This document shows, in pieces, positions 43,668 to 54,176 of a stretch of DNA of 64,000 nucleotides (the first letter of the stretch is position 1; each line of letters begins with the position of its first letter). Under the pieces are notes generated by a model. It saw only the letters and a program-made list of their open reading frames with translations. It ran no database searches and had not been told where the DNA came from. A program made the position numbers and the translations under genes. The stretch is from the NCBI GenBank assembly GCA_035505475.1, contig DATJQT010000238.1:1755-65754 (forward strand), read 5' to 3'. The DNA comes from Vulcanimicrobiaceae bacterium (GTDB lineage Bacteria; Methylomirabilota; Methylomirabilia; Methylomirabilales; 2-02-FULL-66-22).

Positions 43668-45998
43668 ATGAATACCGCAATGGCATCTCGATTGCTTCGC
43701 CTCGCAGCAATTCCGCTCGGGGCTTTTTGGCTCACCGCTTCCGTCGTCGCGCAGACCGCCCCGGTGGCGGGCCCCGCCACGGCATCGTCGACTCCCTCCA
43801 CTCCGAGCGTCACGAAGATGTCCGACTTCGTCGTGACGACGACGCAGGACCAGGGCTATCAGGCGACCAACACGATCGCCGCCACCCATATCGACACGCC
43901 GCTGAAGGACGTGCCGTTCAATTTGCAGGTCGTCACGCCCGACATGATCAAGGACATCGCGGCATTCGACGTGCAGTCCGCGCTCGAATACGTGCCCGGC
44001 GTCACGCCCTCCGCGGACTCGGGCGGGACGATCCGCGGCTTCGCCTCCAGTTGGACGGAGCGCAACGGTTTCGAGTGGTTCGACCCCGATGACGTGATCA
44101 ACGTGGAGCGCGTCGAGGTCGTGCGCGGGCCCAATGCCGTGCTTTACGGGCAGGGGCAACCCGGCGGCCTGTTGAACTACATCACCAAGCGACCCGAATT
44201 CGGGAAGGAGTTCGCCGAACTGGGCTACACGGTCGGTTCCTTCAGCTATAGTCGCGAGTCGCTCGACTATAACAACTCCGCCGGCCCGGTGGCCTACCGC
44301 CTGCTGGGAGCCTACTACTCGTCCCACGGCTACGGGTTGCCCATGCTGACCCACGAGTACGAGCACAACCGCATGGGGATGATCGAGCCCCAGATCAGTG
44401 TGAAGCTGCCCACCAACACGGTGGTCACGCTCGACGCCGAATACACCAACTACGAACGCACCAAGCCCAACGGCATTTTCACCCAGACGGTCAACGGCTC
44501 GTCCGTGCCCATCCCGCTGCTCTACAATCTTCCGACGTTCACGAGCTGGAACGGCCCGCAGTTCAACGACGAGAACAACATCCGCAATTTCATGGGCGTC
44601 GTGGACCAGCGGTTCACGGACAACCTCTCGTTCAACGGCGGTTACGACTGGTACGGCCGCACCGACCACCAGTACTACATCGTGAATCCGGCGGTGACCA
44701 CCGGCGATCCCGCGCACCCCGGCGTGACCGAGGTCCGCGGGCAGTACCTCCACAAGGTGAACGGCAACACCGACGCCAGCTGGCGCGGCGACCTGCTCTA
44801 CAAGTTCGACGTCGGGCAGACCCGGAACCAGATCATGCTCGGGTACTGGCAGAACAACTTTCTGTTCACCCAGAGCCGCCAGCAGGGGATGATCCTGCCG
44901 GCCAACTACACCCCCGCCGGGGGCGGCGGTCCCGACCCGTACCAGAATATCGCCTACTACAACGGCATCTGGAACCAGGCGGCGCCGTACAACAGCTGGT
45001 TCAGCCTCCAGAACCCGAATCCGGCGCTCGGCATCCCGAACGACATGACCTGGATCTGGAACCCGGCCTTCTTCCTCCGCCAGTACCAGGACGAGCAGTA
45101 TTACTACGCCACCTACCAGGGTTTCTATTTCAACGACCGGATCATCACCCTGCTCGGCGTGGATCAGGCCCGGCTGTCGCAGGCCAATGACTCGCCCAGC
45201 AACGGCCAGGCGCACGCCACCATCGCGTCCGGCAAACAGACCAGCCCCCTGATCGGGGCGATCTACCGTCCGATCCAGCCCCTCTCGCTCTACGCGCTGA
45301 CTTCCTCGTCGCTGGTGCTGAACAGCGGCCAGGACGGGAGCGGCGCCTGGCTGCCGCCGCGCAAGGGCGTCAGCTATGAGGGCGGCGCCAAGGTGGACTT
45401 CTGGGGCGGGCGGCTGTCGGGCACGATCAGCTACTACGACATTGTGTTCAAGAACCGCGTGGAATTCGACCCCAACGCCCCGAACGTCGATCCGACGCAG
45501 CACGGCGCGAACATCCTGATCGGCCAGGACACGTCCAAGGGCGTCGACGTGGACCTTCTGGCGACGCCGGTGGACGGCTGGCAGATTGTGTTCGGCTACT
45601 CGAACATCGATGAATACATCTCCCAGGACCTGAATCCGGTGGTCGTCGGGCGCAAGGGCAACGGCATCGTGCCCAACCAGTGGAAGATCTGGAACAACTA
45701 CCAGTTCCGCTCCGGGCCCCTGAAGGGCTTCTCGTTCGGCCTCGGCCTGCAGTGGTTCGACAAGACGCTGCTCAGCTATGTGGGCACCAATCCCTCTTAC
45801 GAGAAGTCCTACTTCACGGGTGACGCGCGCATCGGCTATGCGGCGAAGTTCCACAACCACGAGTGGCGCATTGATCTCAATGGCAAGAACCTCATCCAGA
45901 CGCCGCTCGCGGTCGGCTACAACGCGGCCAACAACTACGCGCCGTACTACTTCAACACGCCGGTGCAGTATTACCTGTCGATCTCCGTCGATCTTTGA
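43668..45998 (+). CDS. TonB-dependent outer-membrane receptor
   Basis: Start at ATG 43668 (MNTAMASRLLRLAAIPLGAFWLTASVVAQ, a signal peptide). Plug region: DTPLKDVPFNLQVVTPDMIKDIAAFDVQSALEYVPGVT...IRGF...VERVEVVRGPNAVLYG. The rest is a long beta-barrel rich in Y/G/N. Confidence 0.85.
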   Translation: MNTAMASRLLRLAAIPLGAFWLTASVVAQTAPVAGPATASSTPSTPSVTKMSDFVVTTTQDQGYQATNTIAATHIDTPLKDVPFNLQVVTPDMIKDIAAFDVQSALEYVPGVTPSADSGGTIRGFASSWTERNGFEWFDPDDVINVERVEVVRGPNAVLYGQGQPGGLLNYITKRPEFGKEFAELGYTVGSFSYSRESLDYNNSAGPVAYRLLGAYYSSHGYGLPMLTHEYEHNRMGMIEPQISVKLPTNTVVTLDAEYTNYERTKPNGIFTQTVNGSSVPIPLLYNLPTFTSWNGPQFNDENNIRNFMGVVDQRFTDNLSFNGGYDWYGRTDHQYYIVNPAVTTGDPAHPGVTEVRGQYLHKVNGNTDASWRGDLLYKFDVGQTRNQIMLGYWQNNFLFTQSRQQGMILPANYTPAGGGGPDPYQNIAYYNGIWNQAAPYNSWFSLQNPNPALGIPNDMTWIWNPAFFLRQYQDEQYYYATYQGFYFNDRIITLLGVDQARLSQANDSPSNGQAHATIASGKQTSPLIGAIYRPIQPLSLYALTSSSLVLNSGQDGSGAWLPPRKGVSYEGGAKVDFWGGRLSGTISYYDIVFKNRVEFDPNAPNVDPTQHGANILIGQDTSKGVDVDLLATPVDGWQIVFGYSNIDEYISQDLNPVVVGRKGNGIVPNQWKIWNNYQFRSGPLKGFSFGLGLQWFDKTLLSYVGTNPSYEKSYFTGDARIGYAAKFHNHEWRIDLNGKNLIQTPLAVGYNAANNYAPYYFNTPVQYYLSISVDL

Positions 45999-46143
45999 TG
46001 GCACCGGTCCGGATTGACCGGCTGGTGTCGCTCCGATCTCGCGCTTCCGGCGGGGCCCGCGGCGGGCGGGCTCCCCGGAAGTCGCCGTTTGCTCCCGGGA
46101 CCGGCCGCCTCCGGCTCCTTCGATCTGTGACCACCCTACTTCC

Positions 46144-46875
46144 GTGAAACCACTGTCCGTCCTCCTCCTGACCGGGGCCAACAACCATGACTGGCGCCGG
46201 TCGGCGCCCTTCTTCCGCGACCTGCTGCAGGCGTCGGGTCGATTTGCGGTCACCCTGACCGAGGATCCCTCGGCGGCGCTGACGGATCCGGCGGCGGTCG
46301 CCCGGCATGAGCTGTTCTTCATCGATTACAACGGCCCGGACTGGAGCAATGTCGCGCGGACGAATTTCCTGGCTGCCGTGCGCCGCGGCACCGGCGTGGC
46401 GGCCGTCCATGCGACCAACAACTCGTTTCCCCACTGGGAGGAGTTCGGACGGCTGCTGGGCCTGATGTGGCGGCAGGAAAGTGGCCACGGGCAGTTCCAT
46501 GAGTTCGAGGTCCGCATCGACGACGGCGATCATCCGATCACGCGTGGCGTGGCGGGCTTCCGGACCGCCGACGAGCTCTATCACGGGTTGGTCCGCCCGC
46601 CGGGCACGGAGCTGCGCGTGCTGGCTTCGGCCTGGTCCGACGCGGGCCGCGGAGGCACCGGTCGCTGGGAGCCGGTGCTGGCGGTGAACCAGTACGGCGC
46701 CGGCCGGGTCTTTTATCATGCGCTGGGCCACTTGTGGCCCGGCGATCCGGCGGCCCATGCCGGCAACTCGCTGGTCGCGCTGCTGAACCCGGCGTTTCGG
46801 GACACGCTTTTGCGCGGTTGCGAGTGGGCGGCGAGCGGAAGCGTGACGCCGCCGGCCGCATCCGCTAAGGGGTGA
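46144..46875 (+). CDS. ThuA-domain protein (trehalose-utilisation protein A-like)
   Basis: GTG start. Begins MKPLSVLLLTGANNHDW, then FFIDYNG...AVHATNNSF and DHPITRG, typical of the ThuA fold. It is followed 3 nt later by a Gfo/Idh/MocA gene, the ThuA/ThuB-like arrangement. Confidence 0.85.
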   Translation: MKPLSVLLLTGANNHDWRRSAPFFRDLLQASGRFAVTLTEDPSAALTDPAAVARHELFFIDYNGPDWSNVARTNFLAAVRRGTGVAAVHATNNSFPHWEEFGRLLGLMWRQESGHGQFHEFEVRIDDGDHPITRGVAGFRTADELYHGLVRPPGTELRVLASAWSDAGRGGTGRWEPVLAVNQYGAGRVFYHALGHLWPGDPAAHAGNSLVALLNPAFRDTLLRGCEWAASGSVTPPAASAKG

Positions 46876-46878
46876 GTC

Positions 46879-47916
46879 ATGTATCGCGTGGGCGTCATCG
46901 GCCTCGGCTCGATCGCCGCCGGCTACGGCACGCCGACGGAGGCGGCGCCCTATTGCCACGTGGGCGGGATCCGGCACAGCTCGCGGGTGTGCCTCGCGGC
47001 GGTGGCGGACCTGAGCGCCGAGCGGCGCGAAGGCTTCCGGGCGAAGTGGGGGGCGGCGTTTCCCGAGGTGCACTACTACGCGGCGGTCGATGAGATGCTC
47101 GCGGCCGAACGCCTCGACATCGTCGCGGTCTGCGTGCGCGGCCCCCATCATTTCGCGGTCACCCGCGAGGTGCTGGCCGCGCCCTGCCGCGCGATTTTTC
47201 TGGAGAAGCCGCCGACCTGTTCGCTCGCCGAGCTGGACGAACTGCTCCGGCTGGCGCGGGCGAAGTCGGTGTCGATCACCGGCTCCTATTCGCGCCACTG
47301 GGTCCCGCACGTCCTCCGCCTGGAGGAGCTCGTGGCCGGCGGGATCATCGGCGAGGTGAAAACGGTGGTGGGTTACGCCGGCGGCCTGTTCCTGTCGTTC
47401 GCGAGCCACACCACGGATCTGCTCTGCCAGTTCGCGGGCTACCGGCCGGTGGCGGTCCAGGCGCGCGGGCACGTGGCCCCGGAGACCGCGGCGCGCACCC
47501 CGGCGGACGCCGGCGAACCGGAGCCGCAGCTGGAGAGCCTGCACGTGGAGTTCGCCAGCGGGGTGGTGGGATTTCAGGTGGGGGCCGACGGACCCCACGG
47601 CTGCTTTTACGCCGACGTGTTTGGCACGGCGGGCCGGGCGCGGGTCGGCATGTACGTCGATCCGCTGGTGACCGACGCCAAGGGCCAGGCGATCGATCTC
47701 GCGGCCCAGGGACTGCCGCCGCCGGCCAGCGTCTTCACGGTCGCCTACAACCAGATCGCGGACCATCTCGACGGAGGGGCGCCGCCGGCCTGCACCGGCG
47801 GAGAACTGCTCGCCGTCGCCGAAATCGGCTTCGGGGGGATTGAAAGTGCCCGGAGCGGGCGGCGCGTCGTGCTGCCCAACACCCAGCGGACGCGCCGGAT
47901 TTTCGCCAATGGCTGA
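46879..47916 (+). CDS. Gfo/Idh/MocA family oxidoreductase (ThuB-position partner of ThuA)
   Basis: Contains MYRVGVIGLGSIAAGY and IFLEKPP. 345 aa. Confidence 0.85.
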   Translation: MYRVGVIGLGSIAAGYGTPTEAAPYCHVGGIRHSSRVCLAAVADLSAERREGFRAKWGAAFPEVHYYAAVDEMLAAERLDIVAVCVRGPHHFAVTREVLAAPCRAIFLEKPPTCSLAELDELLRLARAKSVSITGSYSRHWVPHVLRLEELVAGGIIGEVKTVVGYAGGLFLSFASHTTDLLCQFAGYRPVAVQARGHVAPETAARTPADAGEPEPQLESLHVEFASGVVGFQVGADGPHGCFYADVFGTAGRARVGMYVDPLVTDAKGQAIDLAAQGLPPPASVFTVAYNQIADHLDGGAPPACTGGELLAVAEIGFGGIESARSGRRVVLPNTQRTRRIFANG

Positions 47917-47981
47917 ACCCAGGCGCCCCGGCCCGGCCGCGCGCCCCACGGCGAACCAGTGACTGGATTCAAATCACATTT

Positions 47982-49085
47982 ATGGACAACAGGGTGAAAG
48001 TCGGGGTCGTCGGCTGCGGCAAGATCAGCGAGGCCTATTTCAAGGGGATGCGGCGCTACGACATCCTCGAGATCGCCGCGTGCGCCGATCTCGATCTGGG
48101 CCGGGCGCGGGCGCAGGCGCAGGCCTTCGGCGTCGCCCGGGCCTGTGCCACGGAAGAGCTGTTGGCGGACCCGGCGATCGAAATCGTGGTGAACCTGACG
48201 ACGCCGCAGGCGCACGTGGCGGTCAACGAACAGGCGCTGCGCGCCGGCAAGCATGTCTACGTCGAAAAGCCGTTCGCCCTCGACGTGGCCGGCGGACGCG
48301 GGGTGCTCGCGCTCGCCAGCGCCCAGCGGCGGCGCATCGCCTGCGCACCCGATACGTTCCTGGGCGGCGGCCTGCAGACGTGCCGGAAGCTGATCGACGA
48401 CGGGGCCATCGGCCGGCCGGTGGCCGCCCTGGCGTTCTTCATGGGGCGCGGCCATGAGTCCTGGCATCCGGCCCCGGAGTTCTACTACCAGCCGGGCGGC
48501 GGCCCCGTCTTCGACATGGGGCCCTATTACATCACGGCGTTGGTCAATCTGCTGGGACCGGTGGCGCGCGTCGGCGCCTCGAGCAAGATCACGTTTCCGG
48601 AGCGCGTGATCACCAATCCGGAACGCCTGGGGCAGAAGATCCCGGTGGCGACCCCGACCCACGTGACGGGGGTGATGGATTTTGCCAACGGAACCGCCGT
48701 CACCATCGCGATGAGCTTCGACGTGTGGCCCTATCCGCTGCCTCAGATCGTCCTCTTCGGCACGGACAGCACCCTCGAGGTGCCCGACCCCAACGTCTTC
48801 CGCGGTCCCGTGCGGCTGCGCAGCAAGGACGGCAAGACCTACGAGGAGATCCCGCTGACCCACACCGACGACCGCGCGCGCGGCTCCGGCGTGGCGGATC
48901 TGGCCTACGCCGTCCGCAGCGGGCGGGCCCACCGCGCCAACGGGGAAATGGCCAATCACGTGGTCGAGGTCATGGCGGCGTTTGAAAAATCGTCCGAGTC
49001 GCAGAATCATGTGCGGATAGGCAGTACTTGTGAACGGCCCGCCATGCTTCCGCTTGGGCTTGCCCCGAACGAACTCGATCCCTGA
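47982..49085 (+). CDS. Gfo/Idh/MocA family oxidoreductase
   Basis: Contains VKVGVVGCGKISEAYF and HVYVEKPFAL. 367 aa. Confidence 0.85.
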   Translation: MDNRVKVGVVGCGKISEAYFKGMRRYDILEIAACADLDLGRARAQAQAFGVARACATEELLADPAIEIVVNLTTPQAHVAVNEQALRAGKHVYVEKPFALDVAGGRGVLALASAQRRRIACAPDTFLGGGLQTCRKLIDDGAIGRPVAALAFFMGRGHESWHPAPEFYYQPGGGPVFDMGPYYITALVNLLGPVARVGASSKITFPERVITNPERLGQKIPVATPTHVTGVMDFANGTAVTIAMSFDVWPYPLPQIVLFGTDSTLEVPDPNVFRGPVRLRSKDGKTYEEIPLTHTDDRARGSGVADLAYAVRSGRAHRANGEMANHVVEVMAAFEKSSESQNHVRIGSTCERPAMLPLGLAPNELDP

Positions 49086-49133
49086 CACCGGGTTCCGCCG
49101 GTCGTCCCGCCACCGGCCGCATGCCCACCCGCC

Positions 49134-51128
49134 ATGGTTACCATCGATCTAGCCGGCCAGGATCAGCGTCGAGCGGCCTGCCTGCGCGCCGCCCGGGAGA
49201 TGGCGCGCGGGTATTTCACGCCGGCGGGCGCCTGGGCGGGGGCCGGCGCGCCGCCGGAGACCCGGGAATGGCTCTGGACGGTCTTCGCCTTGTTGGCGGG
49301 TGATCCGGCGGACGTTGCGTGGGCGAGCAGCCTGGTGCTCGCCGCCCCGCCGCCGGGAACGCCGGAATATCCGTTCTGTGTCTTCGCCAACAACCACGCC
49401 GCGCACTTGCTGGCCCATGATGCGGACCGCTTCTCGGCGCCCGCCCGGGCGCGCCTCGAGAGCTGGGCCCGGCAGGCGATCCAGGAGAAGATGGGCAGCC
49501 GCCAGGCCGCCCTGCAGTTTCACGGCTACAATGACAACATGCCGGCCAAGGCGACGCTGGGCATGATTCTGGGCGGGGAGTACTTCGGCGATCGGCCGGC
49601 CGTGGAGCAGGGCTTGTGGAACCTCCACCAGCTCCGGCTGCTGCTGGCGCGCCGGGGCGTCATTTCGGAGCACTGCAGCCCCACCTACAGCCCGCTGACG
49701 CTCACGAACCTGGCGGAAATCGCGGCCCTCGCGCGGAGCGAGGAAGCGCGCACCCTCGCGGGCGCCTGCGCCGAGCGCCTCTGGTGCGAGCTCCTGGCTC
49801 ACTACCACGCCCCGACCCGGTCCATCGCCGGGCCGTTTTCGCGCGCCTACGCGACCGACTCAGCCGGCCACCTGAGCGCGCTGCACTTTCTCCTCTGGCT
49901 GGTGTTTGGGGCTGGCGTGGTGCCTGACCCGCTGGTGGAGCTCTCGCGCCGCCCGCCGCGGCTGGTCGTGCATCACTCGGGGGATGTGTTCTTCGTCCTG
50001 ATCTGCCTCGCCTTCGTGGCCGCCTGCCGGCACGAGCCGCCGGCCAAGGCGGTGGAATGGATGGCGCAGCGGCAATTCCCCTTTCGCTTTGCCGCCACCA
50101 CCGAGCGCGGCGAAGGCGGCACGCTCGGTGCCGGGCCCGCCGCCTGGCCGGCGTCACCCGTGACGCTGGCGAGCTACCAGACGTCCGCCTACGCCCTCGG
50201 TACCAGCAACGGCGACTGGATCTCGCAGGCGGAGCGCTGGCATCTGGTCTACCGGCGGACCGCGGAGGCCCGCGACTGGGCCGACGTTCGCCATCTGACC
50301 CTCCGCTATCTGGCCGACGACGACCTTCCCGGACGCAGCCTCCCGAGTCCGCGCGGGGACTTTCAGGGGGAGGCCGATTTCGTGGTGGAGCGGGGCCTGC
50401 ATCACACCGTCCAGGCGGACAGCATCTCCCTGGTGGTTTCCCGACCCGTTCCCGAATTGGCCGGGAAGCCGCTCCGCCGACTGGGGCTGGCGGTCATCAT
50501 CCCCGAGCATCTCAACCGTCTCGAGGATCTGCGCTGGGAGGACGGTCACCTCTGGTTGCGCGACGGACCCTTTCGGCTGGCGGTCCGCCCGCTCGGCGTC
50601 CGGCGCTGGGCATCCGGCACCCCGGAAGTCGTCATTCTGGGGTCAGGCCCGTACCGCGTGGCGATGTTCCCCAACCACCTCGGCGGAGCCCGCGCCTTCA
50701 GCGAGGACGAACTGCGCGCGACGACCAGTGGATTTGTCGCCATCGCCGGGTCGGCGGAGGGGGGTACCGAGGACAAGTTCCGCGCCCGCGTGCTCGCGGC
50801 GACCCTCACGGACTATATCTGGAACAACCAGCGCATTGTGCAGTGGCGGGGCTGCGGCCACGCCTTGGAACTGTCGTATGGCGTGCTGACCAACGGCGTG
50901 CGGCATGCGGTCGTCGACGGCCGGGCCGTCGCAACGCCCCCGTGGGAGGCCGACGGCCTGCCGTTCGCCAAGCTGCCGCTGGCCGGCACGGGCCCCCAGG
51001 CCAACCCGTGGCCGTTCCCGTTCCGAGCGGAGGGGTACCGGTGGACCGAGTTTCCCAGCGTGCTGCTGGCGGCACCCGGCCCGGGCGTGCGGCCGGCGGG
51101 CGCGAACCCGGCACCGAAACCTTCATGA
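49134..51128 (+). CDS. 664-aa cytoplasmic protein of unknown function
   Basis: Uninterrupted ORF embedded in the operon. Its stop overlaps the next start (ATGA at 51125-51128). No signal peptide. The N-half is helical and the C-half beta-rich, a heparinase/lyase-like layout by eye only. I recognised no motif. Confidence 0.65.
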   Translation: MVTIDLAGQDQRRAACLRAAREMARGYFTPAGAWAGAGAPPETREWLWTVFALLAGDPADVAWASSLVLAAPPPGTPEYPFCVFANNHAAHLLAHDADRFSAPARARLESWARQAIQEKMGSRQAALQFHGYNDNMPAKATLGMILGGEYFGDRPAVEQGLWNLHQLRLLLARRGVISEHCSPTYSPLTLTNLAEIAALARSEEARTLAGACAERLWCELLAHYHAPTRSIAGPFSRAYATDSAGHLSALHFLLWLVFGAGVVPDPLVELSRRPPRLVVHHSGDVFFVLICLAFVAACRHEPPAKAVEWMAQRQFPFRFAATTERGEGGTLGAGPAAWPASPVTLASYQTSAYALGTSNGDWISQAERWHLVYRRTAEARDWADVRHLTLRYLADDDLPGRSLPSPRGDFQGEADFVVERGLHHTVQADSISLVVSRPVPELAGKPLRRLGLAVIIPEHLNRLEDLRWEDGHLWLRDGPFRLAVRPLGVRRWASGTPEVVILGSGPYRVAMFPNHLGGARAFSEDELRATTSGFVAIAGSAEGGTEDKFRARVLAATLTDYIWNNQRIVQWRGCGHALELSYGVLTNGVRHAVVDGRAVATPPWEADGLPFAKLPLAGTGPQANPWPFPFRAEGYRWTEFPSVLLAAPGPGVRPAGANPAPKPS

Positions 51129-52174
51129 GCAACCGCAAATTCAGGGTCGGCATCATCGGCGTGGGCGGCATCGCCCGCTCGGCGCACATCCCGGGCTGGA
51201 AGAGCCTGCCGGAGGCGGAGATTGTCGCGGTGGCGGATTCGCTGCCGGGGCGCGCCCAGGCCGTGGCGCGGGAGCACGGCATCGCGCAGGCCTTCGACGA
51301 CTACCGCGACCTGCTGGGGCTCGACCTCGACGCGGTCGACATCTGCGCCCCGAACCGGGTGCACACGCCGGCGGTGCTCGCGGCGCTGCGCACCGGCAGG
51401 CACGTCCTGTGCGAGAAGCCGCTCGCGGTGACGGCGCGCGAAGTGCGCGCGATGGGGCGGCTGGCCGACCGCCGCAAGCTCACGTTGATGACGGCGCAGT
51501 TCCACCGCTTCACCGCGGCCTCGCTCGCCGCCAAGAGCTGGGCGGACGCCGGCGGCCTCGGCCGCGTCTACCACGCGCGCGTGCGGGCCATGCGCCGCGC
51601 CCTCCTGCCGGTCGCGCCGGGCTTCATCGACGCGCGGCTGTCCGGCGGCGGGCCCTGCCTCGACATTGGCGTGCACGCCCTGGACGTGTGCCTGTGGCTG
51701 ATGGGCTTCCCGCGCCCGGTGCGGGTGAGTGGCGTGACCAAGGTCAATTTCGCCAAGGGCCATCGCATCCCCGGCGCCTGGGGGGAGTGGGACCGCCGCC
51801 TGTTTTCGGTGGAGGATTTCGCGGCCGGCTTCGTCCACTTCGACAACGGCGCCACCCTGATGCTGGAGGCGGCGTGGCTGGGCCACCAGCCCGAGAGCGA
51901 AGAGCTGAACTGCCAGCTTTACGGCCTCAACGGCGGCTTGAAATGGCCCTCGGGCGAGATCGCCACGGTCCAGGGCCGGGCTCTGGTGCAGGGCACGGTG
52001 GCCGGGGCGCGCGGCGTCGACAAACCCTTCGCCGCCGAAATCAAGGCCTTTGTCGAGGCGGTGGTGGACCGCAAGCCGTCGCCCGTGCCGTGGACGGAAA
52101 CCGTCAAGGTCATCGCCATCCTCGAGGCGATCTATGCGTCGCAGCGGCGCGGCCGGGAGGTCATTCTGAAATGA
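51125..52174 (+). CDS. Gfo/Idh/MocA family oxidoreductase
   Basis: True start is ATG 51125 (MSNRKFRVGIIGVGGIARSAH...), in-frame within the 705-aa ORF-track entry, whose N-terminal part is an alternate-frame read-through of the upstream gene. Contains VLCEKPLA. Confidence 0.85.
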   Translation: MSNRKFRVGIIGVGGIARSAHIPGWKSLPEAEIVAVADSLPGRAQAVAREHGIAQAFDDYRDLLGLDLDAVDICAPNRVHTPAVLAALRTGRHVLCEKPLAVTAREVRAMGRLADRRKLTLMTAQFHRFTAASLAAKSWADAGGLGRVYHARVRAMRRALLPVAPGFIDARLSGGGPCLDIGVHALDVCLWLMGFPRPVRVSGVTKVNFAKGHRIPGAWGEWDRRLFSVEDFAAGFVHFDNGATLMLEAAWLGHQPESEELNCQLYGLNGGLKWPSGEIATVQGRALVQGTVAGARGVDKPFAAEIKAFVEAVVDRKPSPVPWTETVKVIAILEAIYASQRRGREVILK

Positions 52175-52199
52175 GCCGTCGCCGCCGGCCGCCAATCTG

Positions 52200-53030
52200 A
52201 TGAAAACCGCCCGCCTCCACCGATTGTTCAATCCGCGCACGGGTCGCTGCTTTGACGTGGCCCTGGACCATGGCTTTTTCAACGAGGGCGGGTTCTTGAC
52301 CGGCATCGAAGATCTGCCCCGGGCCATCGCCGCGGTGGTCGAGGCCGGCCCCGACGCCATTCAATTGACGGTGGGGCAGGCCGCCCACCTCCAGCGGTTG
52401 CCGGTGCGCCCGAAGCCGGCGCTGGTCCTGCGCACCGACGTGGCCAACGTCTACGGCGCGCAGCTGCCGCGGACGCTCTTTTCCCGGATGATCGGCGACC
52501 CGGTCCTGCAGGCGGTCCGTCTCGACGCGGCGGCGGTGGTGGTGAATCTGTTCCGCATCCCCGATCAGCCCGAATTGGCCGACCAGTGCCTGCAGAACAT
52601 CCTCGCCCTCAAGCCGGCCTGCGACCACCACGGCATGCCGCTCATGATCGAGCCGCTGGTTTTCCGGCCCAATGACGCGGCGGGCGGGTACATGGTCGAC
52701 GGTGACCCCGCCAAGATCATCCCCCTGGTCCGCCAGGCCGTGGAGCTGGGCGCCGACGTCATCAAGGCGGACCCGACCGACGACCCGGCCGGCTACCACC
52801 GGGTGATCGAGACCGCCGGCGGCGTGCCGGTGCTGGTGCGCGGCGGCGGCAAGGTCGCCGACGCGGAGATTCTCGCGCGCACCGAGGCCCTGCTCCGGCA
52901 GGGGGCGGCCGGCATCGTTTACGGGCGCAACATCATCCAGCATCCGAAACCGGCCGCCATCACCCGCGCCCTGATGGCCGTGGTGCACGACGGGGCCACG
53001 GCGCCCGAGGCGCTGCGCCTGCTCACCTGA
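52200..53030 (+). CDS. class I aldolase, DhnA/FbaB/LsrF (COG1830) family
   Basis: Contains FDVALDHGFFNEG, DVIKADPT (the Schiff-base Lys context) and GIVYGRNIIQH. 276 aa. Confidence 0.8.
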   Translation: MKTARLHRLFNPRTGRCFDVALDHGFFNEGGFLTGIEDLPRAIAAVVEAGPDAIQLTVGQAAHLQRLPVRPKPALVLRTDVANVYGAQLPRTLFSRMIGDPVLQAVRLDAAAVVVNLFRIPDQPELADQCLQNILALKPACDHHGMPLMIEPLVFRPNDAAGGYMVDGDPAKIIPLVRQAVELGADVIKADPTDDPAGYHRVIETAGGVPVLVRGGGKVADAEILARTEALLRQGAAGIVYGRNIIQHPKPAAITRALMAVVHDGATAPEALRLLT

Positions 53031-53036
53031 GGACCC

Positions 53037-54176
53037 ATGACTCCCGCGTCGCCCACCGTCCGGGTCGGAATCATCGGCGGCGGCCTGATGGGCCGCGAAG
53101 TGGCGAGCGCCTTCGGGCGCTGGTTCGCCCTCGAGGATGTGCCCGTGCGCGCGGAGCTGACCGCGGTGTGTGATTTGCAGCCCGCCACGCTCGAATGGTT
53201 CCGCCGCGTGCCCTCCGTCCGCCTGCTCACGACCGACCACCGGGAGCTGCTGGCCGCGCCCGAGGTGGAGGTGGTCTATGTCGCGGTGCCGCACCACCGG
53301 CACGAGGAAATCTATCTCGACGTCCTGCGCGCCGGCCGGGACCTGTTCGCGGAGAAGCCGTTCGGCCTCGACCTGGGCGCGGCCCGGCGCGTGCGGGACG
53401 AGGCGCGACGCCTGGGCCGCTTCGTGCGGGTCTCGTCGGAATTTCCCTTTGTGCCCGGGGCGCAACGGGCGTTCCAGCGGGTGGCGCAGGGCGGGCTGGG
53501 GCGCCTGCTCACGGCGCGCTGCGCCTTTCTCCACTCCAGCGATCTCGATCCCCTGAAGCCCATCAACTGGAAGCGCCAGGTCCAATTCTGCGGCGAGGCC
53601 GGAGTCATGGCGGACCTTGGTCTGCACGTCGCCCATCTGCCCCTGCGCCTCGGATGGCGGCCCGAGGCGCTGTTCGCCGTGCTGCAGAAGGTCTACGCGA
53701 CCCGGCCCGATGGCCGGGGCGGATCCGCGCCCTGCGACACTTGGGACAACGCGACGCTGCATTGCCGGGTGGCGCTCGGTGACCAGACGCTGCCGCTGAC
53801 GCTCGAGATGAAACGGATGGCGCCGACCGAGACCAACACCTGGATTTTCGAGGTACTCGGGACCGACGGCGGCGTGCGCTACTCCACCAAGGAGCCGAAG
53901 ACGTTCTGGACGTACCGGCGGGGCGAGGAGCAGGTCTGGAGCAAGGTCGACCTGGGATTCGCCACGCCGTTCAAGACCATCACGGGGGCCATCTTCGAGC
54001 CGGGGTTCCCGGACGTGATCATGCAGATGTGGGCGGCCTATCTCGCCGAGCGCGCCGGGCGGCTGGGGGAGCGGTTCGGCTGCGCCACGCCGGACGAGGC
54101 GGTGGCCAGCCAGGAGCTGTGGGCCGCGGCCTTGGAGTCGCACCGGCGCCAAACCGTGGTGTCTTTGCCGCGATGA
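53037..54176 (+). CDS. Gfo/Idh/MocA family oxidoreductase
   Basis: Contains VRVGIIGGGLMGREV and DLFAEKPFGL. 379 aa. Confidence 0.85.
   Translation: MTPASPTVRVGIIGGGLMGREVASAFGRWFALEDVPVRAELTAVCDLQPATLEWFRRVPSVRLLTTDHRELLAAPEVEVVYVAVPHHRHEEIYLDVLRAGRDLFAEKPFGLDLGAARRVRDEARRLGRFVRVSSEFPFVPGAQRAFQRVAQGGLGRLLTARCAFLHSSDLDPLKPINWKRQVQFCGEAGVMADLGLHVAHLPLRLGWRPEALFAVLQKVYATRPDGRGGSAPCDTWDNATLHCRVALGDQTLPLTLEMKRMAPTETNTWIFEVLGTDGGVRYSTKEPKTFWTYRRGEEQVWSKVDLGFATPFKTITGAIFEPGFPDVIMQMWAAYLAERAGRLGERFGCATPDEAVASQELWAAALESHRRQTVVSLPR

Noticed and set aside
46041-46080. A GC-rich hairpin (cttccgg...ccggaag) after the TonB-dependent receptor stop, as a possible intrinsic terminator.
   Set aside because: The stem is imperfect beyond 7 bp and there is no T-tract. 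ThuA follows within 65 nt and may be co-transcribed. I cannot support a terminator call.
43614-47949. Antisense ORFs of 902 aa (43614-46322) and 665 aa (45952-47949), opposite the TonB-dependent receptor, ThuA and GFO genes.
   Set aside because: They contain no motifs and have Arg/Gly/Pro/Val-rich composition. The sense frames encode clear family signatures. The same reasoning applies to 36993-39332, 52161-54179, 56504-58834, 58834-60057, 32875-34161, 22913-24421 and similar entries.
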